Shown here piece by piece: positions 12,127 to 25,779 of a DNA stretch of 64,000 nt. The translations under genes and the position numbers were made by a program. The notes below the pieces were generated by a model that did not search any database, was not told where the DNA came from, and was given only the letters and a program-made list of their open reading frames with translations. Location: positions 20,336,001 to 20,400,000 of the forward strand of contig JBHGNT010000012.1 of the NCBI GenBank assembly GCA_043228905.1, read 5' to 3'. Origin of the DNA: Azolla caroliniana (Eukaryota; Plantae; Polypodiophyta). Numbering within the stretch: position 1 is the stretch's first letter; every line of letters starts with the position of its first letter.

Positions 12127-15100
12127 GCCGATCACCTCCTCAAAGATGAGGCAACAGAAGAGAAAGGGGAACGTGCAGGCATCCTTTATTGGAGCAATCG
12201 CCATAGCAGATCTTGTTAAAACCACGCTTGGACCTAAATTAATGGTAAGCTATCATATTGTCTTATGTGAATTCTACTTGTAAAGATTCTTCTTCATTGG
12301 TTGAGGCTTTTTTCTAGCCGCTACTAAATTTCACTTTTCCTGTCTGTGCATATACCAGACTTCTCATTGCTCTAAATATTTCTGCAGCTAATCATGTATT
12401 TTTGGATTGCTTATTGTGCAGTGTAAACGAACCATGTATTCGGCAAGATGTGTTCAATTCTGTTAAGGACACGTCTCAAATTGTCTTCTCAATGATTCAA
12501 TGCTCTCCTTTTTATGCATGTGAAATTTCTAAAGCTTTTTCTTAATTCTTCTTATCAAAATCATTTTGTACATACAAGATAATTTTTCTGTCCTTATGAA
12601 CGTTAACTGTTTTCTCCATGTGTCTCTGTAAAGTGATTTTGCAGTCCACTGGAAGAGGCCACACGGTTACTGTTACGAATGATGGGGCTACTATCTTGAA
12701 GTCTCTCCACATCGACAATCCAGCTGCAAAAGTGCTAGTTGGTTAGTTGACCCTTAACATAAATAATGTTCTTGACAGCATTGTTTGGGAAATATTGCTT
12801 GTTCTCTTTTCATGCATGAACTATGGTAGGAAACCATGAGAAAACACTGCAATCACACCGGAATTGAGTAGTAAAAAACTGATCAGTAAGCTAACAAAAG
12901 AACTACACGTTTTCCTTTATACATGTTTTCATTTCCATTTGGTGAACACTCTAAACAATACAAAAATTCCTGTTGGCAATAAATCTTTCACTCTATGTAG
13001 CGTAAGTTGTGAGATAACACCTTACAGCATTGTTTGGGAAATATTGCTTGTTCTCTTTTCATGCATGAACTATGGTAGGAAACCATGAGAAAACACTGCA
13101 ATCACACCGGAATTGAGTAGTAAAAAACTGATCAGTAAGCTAACAAAAGAACTACACGTTTTCCTTTATACATGTTTTCATTTCCATTTGGTGAACACTC
13201 TAAACAATACAAAAATTCCTGTTGGCAATAAATCTTTCACTCTATGTAGCGTAAGTTGTGAGATAACACCTTATGAACGCGATTTATAAATATTTCTAGT
13301 CAGTGAACTCAAATAATTTGCCTGTTATTTTAATGAATGATGTGCCAATGTTATTTTGGAAGCTGGAGCCCTCCTGTTAGGGACAAAACACGAAATGTTT
13401 AAGCTTCATGTCACTTTGTGTTCTTGTCTGAACAGATATTTCGAAAGTTCAAGATGATGAGGTTGGAGATGGGATAATGTCAGTGGTCGTTCTAGCAGGG
13501 GAACTTTTACGAGAAGCAGAAAAGCTTACAGCAAAAAACATACATCCCATGACCATCATTGAAGGTATTGGTTGCATCAATGTCAAACCTTTTAAATTTT
13601 GATCTCTTTATCTAACTTTGTGCTCAATGTTCACATGGAAATTCTCAAAACAAGAAATTGATTAGCTCTTCATCAGCGTATCTTTATATTTCCTTTAATT
13701 ATGCAAGTAATACGTACTGCACCACTCACATAGAAAGAGCACTGGAAAAAGAAAGAGTAGTTTCTGAATTTCACCTTTAGGGTAATGTTAGCTTTCAATT
13801 CCAGAAACTGCAGAGGAATTGTGAGTTGTTCAAGAAAAATAGGTTGGTTTAGAATTCCGAGTTATCTCCACAAGATCCAATCAATTTTGAATATTTTTTA
13901 TTAGATTACTTTTGAGATGAAAAATGTCAACTGATGTATTATCTCCAAAGGTCACCTTGAATTCATCAAATGAATAATTTCTTTACAATTTAGAAGGCTA
14001 TGTTTAAATATATTCAAGTATCAACAAGCAATCACAGGGTGCTAGTTCCAGTCTTGTTTTATGTTCTATTTCTTCCATGTGTACTTATTGGTTCTTATGG
14101 GTCACCCACCTTTGTATTAGTTTCCATTAAATTCAATTTGATAAACTATCAAAGCAGATAGATTGTAGCAACTTTTGGAAATTCTGTCCTTTGCAATAGT
14201 CAAACTGCGTGGTGTTTTGTCATGGAGGTGTATTGATGATCTCTTTCAATAGAACTCTTCAATATGAACCAACATTCAGGAACCTCCCCTCAATACCTTC
14301 TTTGAAAATAGTTCCATATAAATGATTACTAATCTGCTATTAGAAAAAGAAGGATACTTCTCGTCATGCCATTCCCAACAATATTTATTCATGTCTGCGT
14401 GTATGTGTACTTCATTTTCTAAGGTTTTTGTCTTCATATTCCATATGTGCATTTCTGAGAATTTTTCATAATCCAATGGTAGGGATTCTTATAATCGTTT
14501 CTGGATAAATCATCAACTGCTGGTTCTAATTCTGTCAGTGTGTCATGAACACCTATATTGTTGATCTGGTGTCTTTAAATTTCTTCATTGTTTAATGGTC
14601 CCACACTAGTTACGATGTTGGACATGATAATATGTTCATGGTTTCATTAATCGCCAGTTGCATATCTCTACCTGTCCATTTCATCGTAAGACAGTGTGAA
14701 AGAGAATGTATTACTGTTGGATCCAGGTGCTGGACTGTGAGAGATTTTCTTTTGTATTGGTGTTGACACTATATTGCATTTATTAGGGTCTAGCCCACTC
14801 TTATAGATATCCTTCAAACTTCGTCCTGCATATATTGACTTGCAAAAACATTCATTTACAGAAAAGTTCAGAACAGACCTTCTCAGGATTGCAATGACCA
14901 CTCTGAGCTCAAAAATCGTATCACATGATAAAGTACACTTTGCAAACCTGGCAGTGGATGCTGTGATGCGACTCAAAGTAACACAACAGAAAAATTCAGA
15001 ACAGACCTTCTCAGGATTGCAATGACCACTCTGAGCTCAAAAATCTTATCACATGATAAAGTACACTTTGCAAACCTGGCAGTGGATTCTGTGATGCAAC

Positions 15101-15820
15101 TCAAAGTAACACAACCTTGCTTTACAAAAATACAAATCATTGTTGCTTAACGATTCAACTGACCCTGTTTATTCTTAAAAGGGAAGTGGTAACCTTGAAG
15201 CCATACAGATCATAAAAAAGCAGGAGGATCACTCAAAGTTTCTTTCCTGGATGAAGGGTGTGTGAGATACATGACTTGCAAGTTTGCTCAACTGAATATC
15301 AGTGATTGATAGGTAAAATACTTTACCTTCACAGGTTTATACTGGACAAGAAAATTGGTATTGGTCAGAGCCAAAAAGGGTTGAAAATGCAAATATTCTT
15401 GTTGCTAACACGGCCATGGACACTGAAAGTGAAAATCTATGGTGCTCACGTGAGACTGGATTCCATGGCCAAAGTGGGTGAGATTGAAGCTGCTGAAAAA
15501 GATAAAATGAGGCAGAAGGTTCAAAAGATCATAGGCCATGGAATAAACTGTTTTGTGAATCGGCAATTGATATATAACTTTCTTGAGGAGCTATTTGCAG
15601 ATGCAGGAGTCTTAGCTATTGAGCATGCAGATTTTGATGGTATTGAGCGTTTAGCATTGGTTACAGGTGGTGGAATTGCATCAACTTTTGACAGTCCAGA
15701 GAGTGTGACACTTGGCCATTGCAAACTGATAGAGGAGATTATGATTGGTGAAGACAAACTCATCCATTTTTCAGGAGTTGACTTTGGCCAAGCTTGTACT
15801 ATTGTGTTAAGAGGAGCAAG
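12127..15820 (+). pseudogene. CCT2: CCT2 / T-complex protein 1 subunit beta, unprocessed and 3'-truncated pseudogene
   Basis: Exons: 12127-12244 (LLKDEATEEKGERA/ASFIGAIAIADLVKTTLGPK, frameshift ~12178); ~12636-12741 ([35 protein letters not shown], damaged acceptor); 13436-13564 ([23 protein letters not shown] motif changed to GDGIM); 14862-14977, duplicated at 14990-15105; 15182-15257 (frameshift ~15221); 15335-15820 ([10 protein letters not shown]...[11 protein letters not shown]). No C-terminal exons were seen. Confidence 0.92.
12775..13272. repeat. Apparently perfect 249-bp tandem duplication inside a CCT2 intron
   Basis: ACAGCATTGTTTGGGAAATATTGC... starts at 12775 and again at 13024. 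The copies look identical by eye. Confidence 0.92.
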
Positions 15821-15849
15821 GTATGTTTTAAAGCGTGTGTATCATCCGA

Positions 15850-17060
15850 AATTTTTTAATGCAACTGGTCTCTCGTGGATGTCAAAAAGGTATCTATCTA
15901 TCTAATGGTTTATGAAATCCAAGCATAGCATCTTCCAAAGATTGTCTATCTATTGGTTTATGATCAAGGAAGATGCGTCAATTTTATTAAGATGAGGATC
16001 CAAGGCATTTGGGATTGTCCCGACCAGGACCAAGAGGTTGGGGCAAAGCATATCAACGAAACTGAGATGTTTCAGATGGCCTCAAGAGAGCCGATGGAAC
16101 CTATAGACGAGGAACGAGGCGACTTTGTCGACCTTGAAGATGCACCGGGTTCTGATCATATACAAGATTCAACTGAGGAGACAAAACTTGTTGATGCAGC
16201 ACCACTGTTAGCTGATCTTGGAGAGCAGCCTGTTCCAGACCTCCTAATGGAGTGATTGTATATTAGTTTGTATTTGTAACTATAAAATTGTAACACTAAA
16301 CTTGTTTTGGAATATAAGATTATTATGTTAAGTACCATTTCTTTACACTATCTAATTGGTTTGCAAACTTTAAGTGTCTATCATATATTTGTATTGGTTG
16401 ACTCGCAAAGTATTTGGTTACCAAGTATAATTTTTATTGAATAGATGATGATGAACTTATCGATTGTATGACAAATGTTGGTTATAATTGTTTCTTTATT
16501 AATATAATTGAATTTAGCTTTATTCTAGGATTTTTGAGCTCTTTAATCTTGGTTATTTAGTTTTAAGTGTACAGAATAATATTAAGTCAACATTGTTGCT
16601 CACTTGATCTTACATTTAGGTTGTTCATATATGATTGCGATATAATGTTCGTAGAAGGTTTTGGGCATGTCAGGTATATAATGTGATATTCACTTGTGAA
16701 TGTGTCTAATTATACCCAAAAATGCAATTTGCTCATTTAATATAACAAGCTTTATAGGAGTTAGAGAGAAATATAACATTAAAATTGTTTTTCTAAAATT
16801 GTTCGATTGGATTCAGATGTAAAATGAAGCATATTACAATGATAGTTGAAAGCATTCTCGTAATCCAAGTGAATGTCTAGCTAAATATTTGTATGAATTG
16901 AGAAAATATAGGTTAAATTTGAAATCTTGATAATATTAACTGTGTTTTTTATTGATGTTTTTAAAAGTCATGTGTGCATGCGTGATACATTCTTGAAAGT
17001 TTGTTAAAAAATTGTAATTCTTGACATCTCATGTATTTATCAATAAAGGAATGTGACATA
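15850..17060 (+). mobile_element. Possible DNA-transposon (hAT-like) 3' remnant with an acidic C-terminal ORF (15953-16255)
   Basis: An acidic low-complexity ORF (LVY...WD..D) followed by AT-rich DNA replaces the missing CCT2 3' exons. The resemblance to hAT transposase tails is weak. Confidence 0.25.
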
Positions 17061-17089
17061 TTACTTGTTCTAAATGACCCGATGTTAAC

Positions 17090-19613
17090 AATGTATGTGA
17101 CAAATAGATCACCCTCATCACCCTTGAACGGAGATGTTCCATAGAGGATGTGGACCGGCAAAGACGCGTCGTACCGACACCTGAAGGTGTTCGACTATCT
17201 TGCCTATGTGCACGTGGCTAAGGACCAAAGAGGAAAACTAGATCCGAAATCTTGGCCATGCATATTCTTGGGCTATGACGACGACGAATTTGGCTACCGA
17301 CTTTGGGACTTAGTCGACAAGAAGGTCATTCGAAGCCAAGACATACTCTTCATGGAGGAGAAGTCCATTGTCGACTAGGAGGAGTCGAACACATCCTCCC
17401 GACCATTCGGTAGTCAAAAGCTTACTAAAGAACATGGAGTGTCAACCGAATTTAGATCGACAATCTGGGAACTAATCGGAAGTCGGAGTCGGACCAAGAG
17501 TTGAGCCTGTTGGCTCAGTCGGAGGTAAGTCAGGAGTCGACCGAGGAAAGAGTTGATAAAGTCAAGAACCGACTGAGGAACAAGAGGAACAAGTCGAAAG
17601 GAGACAGTCGGCCAAACATGGATCCGATTCTGACTTAGATGAAGAGCCAACTGAAAATGTCGAACAAGAGTTGAGTACTTCGAATGCAGAAAGAAAATAT
17701 CCTCTCAGAGAGAGAAAGCCCCCCCCCCCCCTCGAAGTTTTCCGGAGAAAGAGTATGTGCTGCTAACCGATGAGGGGGAGCTAGAGAGGTTCGAGGAAGC
17801 AAAGAATAATACCCACAAACGAGAGTGGTCACGAGCCATGCAAGAGGAGATGGATTCCTTGCATGAGAACCAAATATACGATTTGACCGAGTTGCCGAAA
17901 GGAAAGAGGGCACTCCGGAACAAGTGGGTATACAAATTGAAGTCGGGGGAATCAGGGCAGGAATCAACCCAGATACAAAGCACAAATTGTCGTAACGGGC
18001 TTTCAACAGAAGAAGGGTGTCAATTTCGACGAAATATTTGCGTCAGTAGTGAAGATGACATCCATCCGAATGGTGCTGAGCATAACAACCAACATGGACC
18101 TCGAAGTCGAACAATAGATGGTGATTCTGTATGGTGATCTTGAAGAGGAGATATACATGCAACAATTGGAAGGATTTGTCAAAAAGGGAAAGGAGAATCT
18201 GGTGTGCTGGTTGAGGAAGAGCCTTTACGGATTGAAGCAAGCTCCCCGACAGTGGTACTAGAAGTTTGAATCCTTCATGGCCGACCAGGATACCACAAGA
18301 CGCAGGCCGACCACTTCGTGTTCATGAAGAAGTTCGACAGAGGAGGATTCCTCATACTCCTACTGTACGTAGATGACATGTTGATTGTCGGACGAGACCG
18401 TATTAAGATCCGAATGCTGAAGAAGGCCTTGAGCAAGTCATTCTCAATGAAGGATATGTGTCTAACAAGGTAGATCCTAGGAATGCACATTGTCCGGGAC
18501 AGAACAAAGAAGTTGTTGTGGCTATCACAAGAAAAGTACGTGACAAAGGTGCTCTAGAGGTTCATCATGGAAAGCATGAAACCGGTCAGCTTGACACTTC
18601 CAAGAAACTGTAAGTTGTCTATGAGACAGAGTACAAAGACAAAGTCGGAGAAAACTTAGATGACGAAAGAACCCCATGCCTCAGCGGTCGGAAGTCTGAT
18701 ATACGCAATGGTGTGTACTAGGCAGGACATCAGATATGCATTTAGAGTCGTCAGCTAATTCATGAGCAATCCTCACAAAGAGCACTAGGTTGCAGTCAAA
18801 TGGATGCTTCAGTACTTGAGAGGCACCTCGAGTGCGTGCCTCTGATTCAGTTCAGGATCCCTACTAGAAGGTTTTACCGACTCAGACATGTCGGTCCACG
18901 TCCGGGTATTTAATGACTTATGCAGGGGGAGCCGTCTCTTGGCAGTCAAGGTTGCAAAAGGCCGTGGCACTGTAAACCATGGAAGCCGAGTATATGGTCG
19001 CAACGGAAGCCGACAAAGAAGTAATCTGGATGAAGGGTTTCATTGAAGAGTTGGGAATTCAACAAGAGGATTTCCGACTCTATTGCAACAATCAAAGTGC
19101 CATCCACCTTGCAAAGAATGTTGTCTACCACTTGAGGACCAAGCACATCCAGAGGAGATATCACTGGCTGCGAGAGAGGGTAGAAGAGAAGGACTTTGCT
19201 CTAATAAAGATCCACACAACGGAGAACGGGTCGGATATGCTGACCAACGTGCTGTTAGCGAAGAAGCCGAACACATGCCAGAGACGGGTCGGCTTTACGA
19301 AGCACCCCATGTTGGAGTGAAGGGGGAGTTTGTTAGGAAACGAGTCCCTTCGGATGGGAAGAAGAACACGAACTGGATCAGTTGGATTCGAAGTAGAAGA
19401 AAGGCTGGACCTGGATCCGAATCGGTGTCCAGATCAAGTTTGGATAGACATCCAAAAAAGGCCACATATATAAATAGGTTCTGTGTCGTGCCGATTTAGG
19501 CTAGCTTTGTAAATAGCCCAAAAGTGATCTAAGTATAAAGTTAACTACGACAAACCTTTAGGTATTCGATGTGATCATAATTGGAAGTTATCTCTATAGA
19601 GTTTAGTGCGTGT

Positions 19614-19688
<75 letters not shown>

Positions 19689-19950
19689 TGAAGTGTAGCA
19701 TCTATGTTGTACCCACCATCCGGTGAAGAAGACGAGCTTGAGGTTGTTGCCTACGAGACTCATTGTATTCCTCTCATATAGTGGATAGTTCGAAGTCTGT
19801 GGGCTCCCATGATTTTTCCCATTTTAGGGTTTCCACGTTAACATCCGGTGTCATCTTGCCTCTGAGCAAGTGAGTACTATATTCTGTTTTTCTCTATAAT
19901 TTTCCTTTTGTGCTTGTACTTCGGTTGTGGCCGAGGACAATTTTATAACA
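17090..19950 (+). mobile_element. Ty1/copia LTR retrotransposon, 5'-truncated and degenerate (integrase C-terminus, RT, RNase H, PPT, 3' LTR)
   Basis: NRSPSSPL..HLKVF..AYVH..RGKLDPKS.PCIFLGY; AMQEEMDSLHEN..KWVYKLK; LLYVDDMLI; EAEYM..AIHLAKN.VYH.RTKHI. Many stops and frameshifts. PPT AGGGGGAG at 19321-19328. Confidence 0.95.
19331..19950 (+). repeat. 3' LTR of the copia element (620 bp)
   Basis: Starts TGTTA 2 nt after the PPT and ends TAACA at 19950. Contains TATATAAATAGG and a (GT)n(GA)n tract. Confidence 0.8.
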
Positions 19951-20993
19951 GAAATCGTTGTGATTTTGTTAATGCTTTGCTTTATGAGTTTAGAAAAAAA
20001 GAAAGAGAAAGACGTTAAGGATTGTGCAAAAGAGGATGTTATGGAGGTGGTGATGGAGACTAGGTTCATGTTGGCAACATTTGACAGGTTTTATGACCCC
20101 AATGTTATATTGTATTTCATTAGTAAACTTCCATTGCTATTATGGAAAGGGTTTAGGGATTTATTTATAATGTCTAATTGTGTCCATCATGTATATGTAG
20201 TTCAACGAGGTTTCTATGATGTGGTTTTTCAATCGTAAGAACACCTTGTTGCTTTGATGGCAAAGGCGCCTATCTTTTGAAAATTAGTGGATGTAAGAGA
20301 ACGAGTTATTATGGTAGATTATAATGATTTATTGAAACATTAGTGTCCAGTTTGGGTGACTATTGATTGCAGTAACCTATTCTTTTTGGGAATCATGATC
20401 AGAATTCATGGAGATGTTGCATGTTACGAGATAGGCGTTGCAAACTTTCGGGATGGTTGATGAGTATAGATAGACATATCATGAGTTGGCCAATTTCGTA
20501 GTAAAAGCTTCATAGGGAGACACTTGTGCAGGACACCGTTTTTAAAAGTAGTCGACCAGATCAGAGCATGTTATGGCTGCTGAATGCCAATATCATGGTG
20601 AACCATCAAAGAGAAGGGATGACGAGGATACAGAGAGGAGGAATATGTTTAACAGAATGTGTTAAGGAGGGTGTGGCAGCACAAAAAACCAGATACTCGC
20701 GTATGTAAGATCTCCGAGCAGAGACCCCGGATAATTTGAGTACATAAAGATCTCCAGACACGTGCCCATCGAGTATAATATCGAGTCCCGGAATTTGTCC
20801 GGAGTTTTTTGTCCAGCTAGCCCATCTATGTACATATGTATATACATACATTAACATGCTCATAGCCCAATTCCATCTCACCCATCTCCATATACATACA
20901 CATACATACATATCTTTTGCTCTTCTTCTTCTTCTTCTTCTTCTTCATCTTCTTCTTTCTTCTTTCTTGTTCTTCTTCTTCTTTCTCTCTGCT

Positions 20994-23473
20994 ATGTCAA
21001 TAGGTGTGTTCTCCTCCAAGGCCATGGCTATGGCTTCCTCCTCTTACTCTCCCCTCCATCTCATGGGCGATGTGAACCCACAATTCCTCGGCAGAGGAGC
21101 TGCCTTCTGTTGCTTGTCTCTCGGCTCTCATGCTCTCTATAAGAGACTTTCCCCTTCTCTGCTCTGCAACAGTAACAGTAACAGTAACAGTAACAGTAAC
21201 AGTACCAGTAACAAGAACAAAATCAGAAGAATAAGAAGAGGAGGCTATTCATCTCCTTTCGCTAGTGTCTCCTCTTCCGGTATCAGTACCATGGTGCAAT
21301 CTGCATGTAAGCGCCTCCTTCTCTTCTATTTCTATTTCTTTCCCTTCTGGTTTCTTCTCTGTTAATATAGCCACATTTTTTCTTGGCTTGTTCCATGAAA
21401 GATTGGGTAAAAATTCCTCCCCATTTCTTTGATTTTGTCGAGAAGTACTTAATATTGAAAAGCAATCATGTTTATAACTTGAATTCTTGTGCACATGAAT
21501 ACATGCATTCAAGATGCATCTTAGCTGAGTTAGGGGAGTTTTGATCCATGTTCATAAAATTTGTGTTGTTCATTCTCTTATCATGTGATACCCTAGACAT
21601 TGCAAACCCTACATTAGACTCCTGCGGCGTTAAACCTTAAATGCATGTAGATAAATTTAGACATGATAAATGGAATTTTGATCATGCATGATCTTCTTCC
21701 ATTAGTTTTATGCTATCGAATTCCTTTTTGCATAGTATACGATATCGGTGTAAAGAAAATCAATCCAGGAGAAACAAAATGAGAGTGAATAAATGCAAGC
21801 TTAGTTATTATAATTAGGGCGAGTTATTCAAGTATTAACATCATATACTATTGATATATGTGTGAATATCACAGTATGGAAGGTAAAGATTTAGAGCTCC
21901 CAATCCCGACATTAACAGGTCAGGTGTGTGCCTTTTGGAACACTACCCTGCAACATAACGTTTGGTTGGCCAGAGAGAATGCATTTATGGCTGAATTCAT
22001 TCCTCTTCAAACCTCTAAATCCTAAATCCTAAGGGCTATATCTTTAACCTGAGGCTCTAAGCACTAAGCTAAAACCCAAACCCCAATCATGAACCGTTAA
22101 TATGAGCTAAAAACTAAATACCTAAAGGAAAAATCCGAATCCCTAAATTTTACACGTAAAATCTCTTCTAAGCGTTAAACCTTATGTGTGAAACTAAGTA
22201 ATATGCCCTAAACCTTAAATGGGTAATTTCCTTAATCACTACCATCCTTAAACTAAACCTTAGATACCAAACCTGAAACCTTGGAGGATAAGCAAGCATG
22301 CTGAGCCCTAAACCCTAGACCCTAATTGCTTAATTTCTCTCTCCATCCCTTTGCCAAGCCCTAAATGCATAAATGTGATCATAGGTCCTGTCATCGTTAA
22401 ACAAGCGATAAATTTGGGTTTTTTTTCGAATAGCATTGGAAAAAGAGGCGATCGTAACAGAGGATGCACCGAAAGCTTTGGGGCCCTACTCCCAAGCAAT
22501 CAAGTCTGGGAACCTTCTCTTTGTCTCTGGAGTGCTAGGTCTCATTCCTGAGGTATGCTTTTTTGATGTAGTCGCAAAGTCTGTTTCTGTATGTTGTATC
22601 ACCAAAAGTTAAATAGTGTTCTTCTTTTTCTTGTTTGTTTGTAGACAGGAAGTTTTTCTTCAGATTCGATAGAAGTCCAAACAGAGCAGGTAAACTTCTT
22701 GTCGTTTTCGTATATGCATGATTACTAAAGCCCTAAAAACTTAACCTTTAAACCATAAAAGCCCATCAATCCTGAACCCTCAAAAGCTCTAAACGCTAAC
22801 CGAAACCTTAAATAAAGTAAACCCTTAACTATTTTGTAGGTTCTGAAGAATATGGGAGCAATCTTAAAAGCAGCCGGTTTGAACTATGCATCAGTTGTCA
22901 AAACCACTATTATGTAAGATGCCAAGTAATATATCATATATATACATATACATACACATACATGCATACATACATATACATACATACATATGTATGTATG
23001 TATGAGGATAAATGTGTGTGGATATGGATATATATCTGTCTAGATAAATATATGCGTTACTTTTGTGTAAATACATGTGTATAAATATGCATGTATTGTT
23101 AGTTTGCTTGCTTTCTAGAATGAATATTTTTTGGGTTTAATGAAATTCATACTATTGTGTTGCAAATTATGATATATGATGATGATGGGCAGGTTAGCTG
23201 ATCTCAACGATTTCAAGACAGTTAATGAGATTTATGCTAAATGTAAGCGTTCTTGTCATATAGATAATTGCGTAATATCTATGAATATTTTCTTTTGTGA
23301 AGGAATAAATCAAGGCATAAACAATTGCTTAAAAGTTTATGAATGATTCAATCCTATATTCTCTTTTTCCTCATGCAGATTTTCCAGCTCCATTTCCGGC
23401 ACGGTCAACCTATCAAGTGGCTGCCCTGCCTCTAAATGCCCGTGTTGAGATAGAATGCATTGCAACCCTTTGA
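20994..23473 (+). CDS. RIDA: Reactive intermediate deaminase A (RidA, YjgF/YER057c/UK114 family) with a probable plastid transit peptide. Exons 20994-21306, 22434-22552, 22645-22689, 22840-22913, 23193-23242, 23379-23473
   Basis: The spliced frame reads ...[125 protein letters not shown]. All introns are GT-AG with matching phases. The catalytic Arg in PARS is intact. The N-terminus is Ser/Arg-rich. Confidence 0.93.
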
Positions 23474-24968
23474 ATGAACCAAGCATATGATCGGCATATA
23501 TCATATATAGCACATTAACCCGTTACGGTTTTGTATCGAGTTGAGCATTGTCCACATTGAGATGAAATAAAGGGCATTTGCATTGATCCTTACCATGTTG
23601 AATCATTACATGTTGAGATGAAATAAAGGGCATTTGTTAATGCGTTACATTGAAGTTGTAGTGTGTTGTTTTAATTAGAGCGAAAGATAGATAATTAACA
23701 TCCACAAGAGAGGAAGACAGATAGTGTAGCTAAGATGATAAGGTTATGTGATGTAGACATAGGTCATATGCCCAATCCATACATTCTACATGGTCATCTA
23801 GTACACTTCTAGAACTTGATACCAAGGCTAAAGTGCTAGCTACTAAGTACTAATTTTGCCATTTCATCTTATGGCAACTGACTCAATTTAACATTGGTAT
23901 TGCATGTGTCAAACATAAACCCACCTCACCCTCATTAGATGTTAAATTGGTTTTTTGACTATTTTGGGCACTTACCTTGGTTTACTTACCTACCATATCA
24001 ACAATCTATTGCCGTATTACTTTTATTTGTTGATCTCATATCAACTACTTTGATGATATCGTTCTTTATTGTATTTCCAAATTGCATACATTTCTAAGGA
24101 TGTTTGACTAGGAAATTTTACTATTTGCTTCTCTTTGGTCAGATTACCCATTCATGCTAGCACTACTATTGTATTCCTTCTTTGATTGTCTTGACTAACA
24201 TATTGACACTATATCAAGTTGGTGGTCGTGTTTATCTACTACCAAATATTAAATAGGGGAGGGGAGGTAATCTTGGCAATGGACAGTGGAGGGAGTGGAG
24301 TGTGTATTGATAATCTTGTGAAATTTGAACCTTTGGATCATTATCTAGTAAAAGTGCACAAATTGAGCTGTGTTATTTCTAACTTGACTCTATCTCAGTC
24401 ATTTCTAACATGACTAACATTTTTCTAACCTACCCATATTTTTAACCCGGCCATTATTTCTAATCCGGCTATGTTACGGGCATGATCATAATTTATCTTG
24501 TGGTAGTTTGTACCGTAGTAATTCTACACGCGAGGATAAAAGTGTGAGGGTTTATCGAGAGTGTAAAGAAGGAAGGATTACTTTTAATCCTAGGGATTGA
24601 GACAATCGATAAGGGCCAAGTGTGAACTTGTTTGGGGGCCTTAGGTCTGGCTATAAATATGAGGCCTAGCTATTCTCATAAGACAGTATTTGACAACGTC
24701 AAGACTCTTGTGGTGAACAAACTCTTGTGGCGAGCGCACGCCAGTACCAAGAAAGACTTGATGCCATGGCGGTGGTCAAATTTTCTACCCCATCCAAAAT
24801 TTCTTAGAGTATATAAGATCATCAATCAACCTTAGAGCATGGAGACAAATGAAGAGTCGAATCATGCTAAATAATGTTGATGTTATTTATTTAAGTCTCA
24901 CCAACATCTAAGAATACCATACATTGAACAATGAATGCAAATAGGTATGCAAGTAAATGTTGAGTCAA

Positions 24969-25300
24969 TAGGAGTCAACAATAGCTTGGCTCAAGCTGTA
25001 ACTGAGACGTTCAACCATTTTTTAACGATTTGGCAATTTGGTGGTTCTGTTTGGATCGGTTCAAGCTTGAGCTTCCTTAACTGGTTTCAACTCGGTTTGA
25101 GCTCGATTAAAGATTAATCGGTTTGGTCAAACTCGTTCTCAATCTGGTTAAGCCTTAACCAATTTACAAACCAATTCAATTTTAGCTTGGTTAAGGCGTA
25201 ATCGGTTTGGACAAGCCAGTTCTCTAATAGGTTAAACCTTAACTGGTTTAGGAATGAAAACTCCCAAACCGGTTAAGCCGAAGCAACCATCGATTCATAT
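24969..25300. mobile_element. Non-autonomous hAT-like MITE (AACCG/GGTT-rich), related to 38651-38935
   Basis: The left end TAGGAGTCAACAATAGCTTGGCTCAAGCT..CATTTTTTAACGATTTGGCAATT aligns with the start of 38651. Many GGTTAA/AACCG subterminal motifs. Confidence 0.55.
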
Positions 25301-25779
25301 GTAAAAATTGATCCATCTTTGACTCGAATATATTGTTATAGAGTTAAAGAAACATTGGGTCATAGATCTTCACGATCATGGAATATTGATTTCATATGTA
25401 AAAACTTACATTGATATATGTTGTTTCTAATTAATACAAAAGCCTACACAAATGGACATGTTAGGCACAAGTCTAAGCAAATATGATACAACTACAAGTC
25501 CCATTGAAATACACGAGGTAGAAGCATATAAGATACATGATTTTTTTATTTCTATTTTTTTTAAAGAAAGATGCACCATAGTATATTACTTGAGAACTGT
25601 ACATAGAGAAAACAAAAGGAGACATTTAATCTCACTTCTATTGTGATACAAAGGCTAGTATAAGCATATGATCAACCAAATGATGTCATATATGAAACAA
25701 GTGGAGCAATAACTATCAGGTATGCAACATAAAAGAATGTATGGCATAATTCCACTTCAAACCAGAAGTTGTATCCGAA

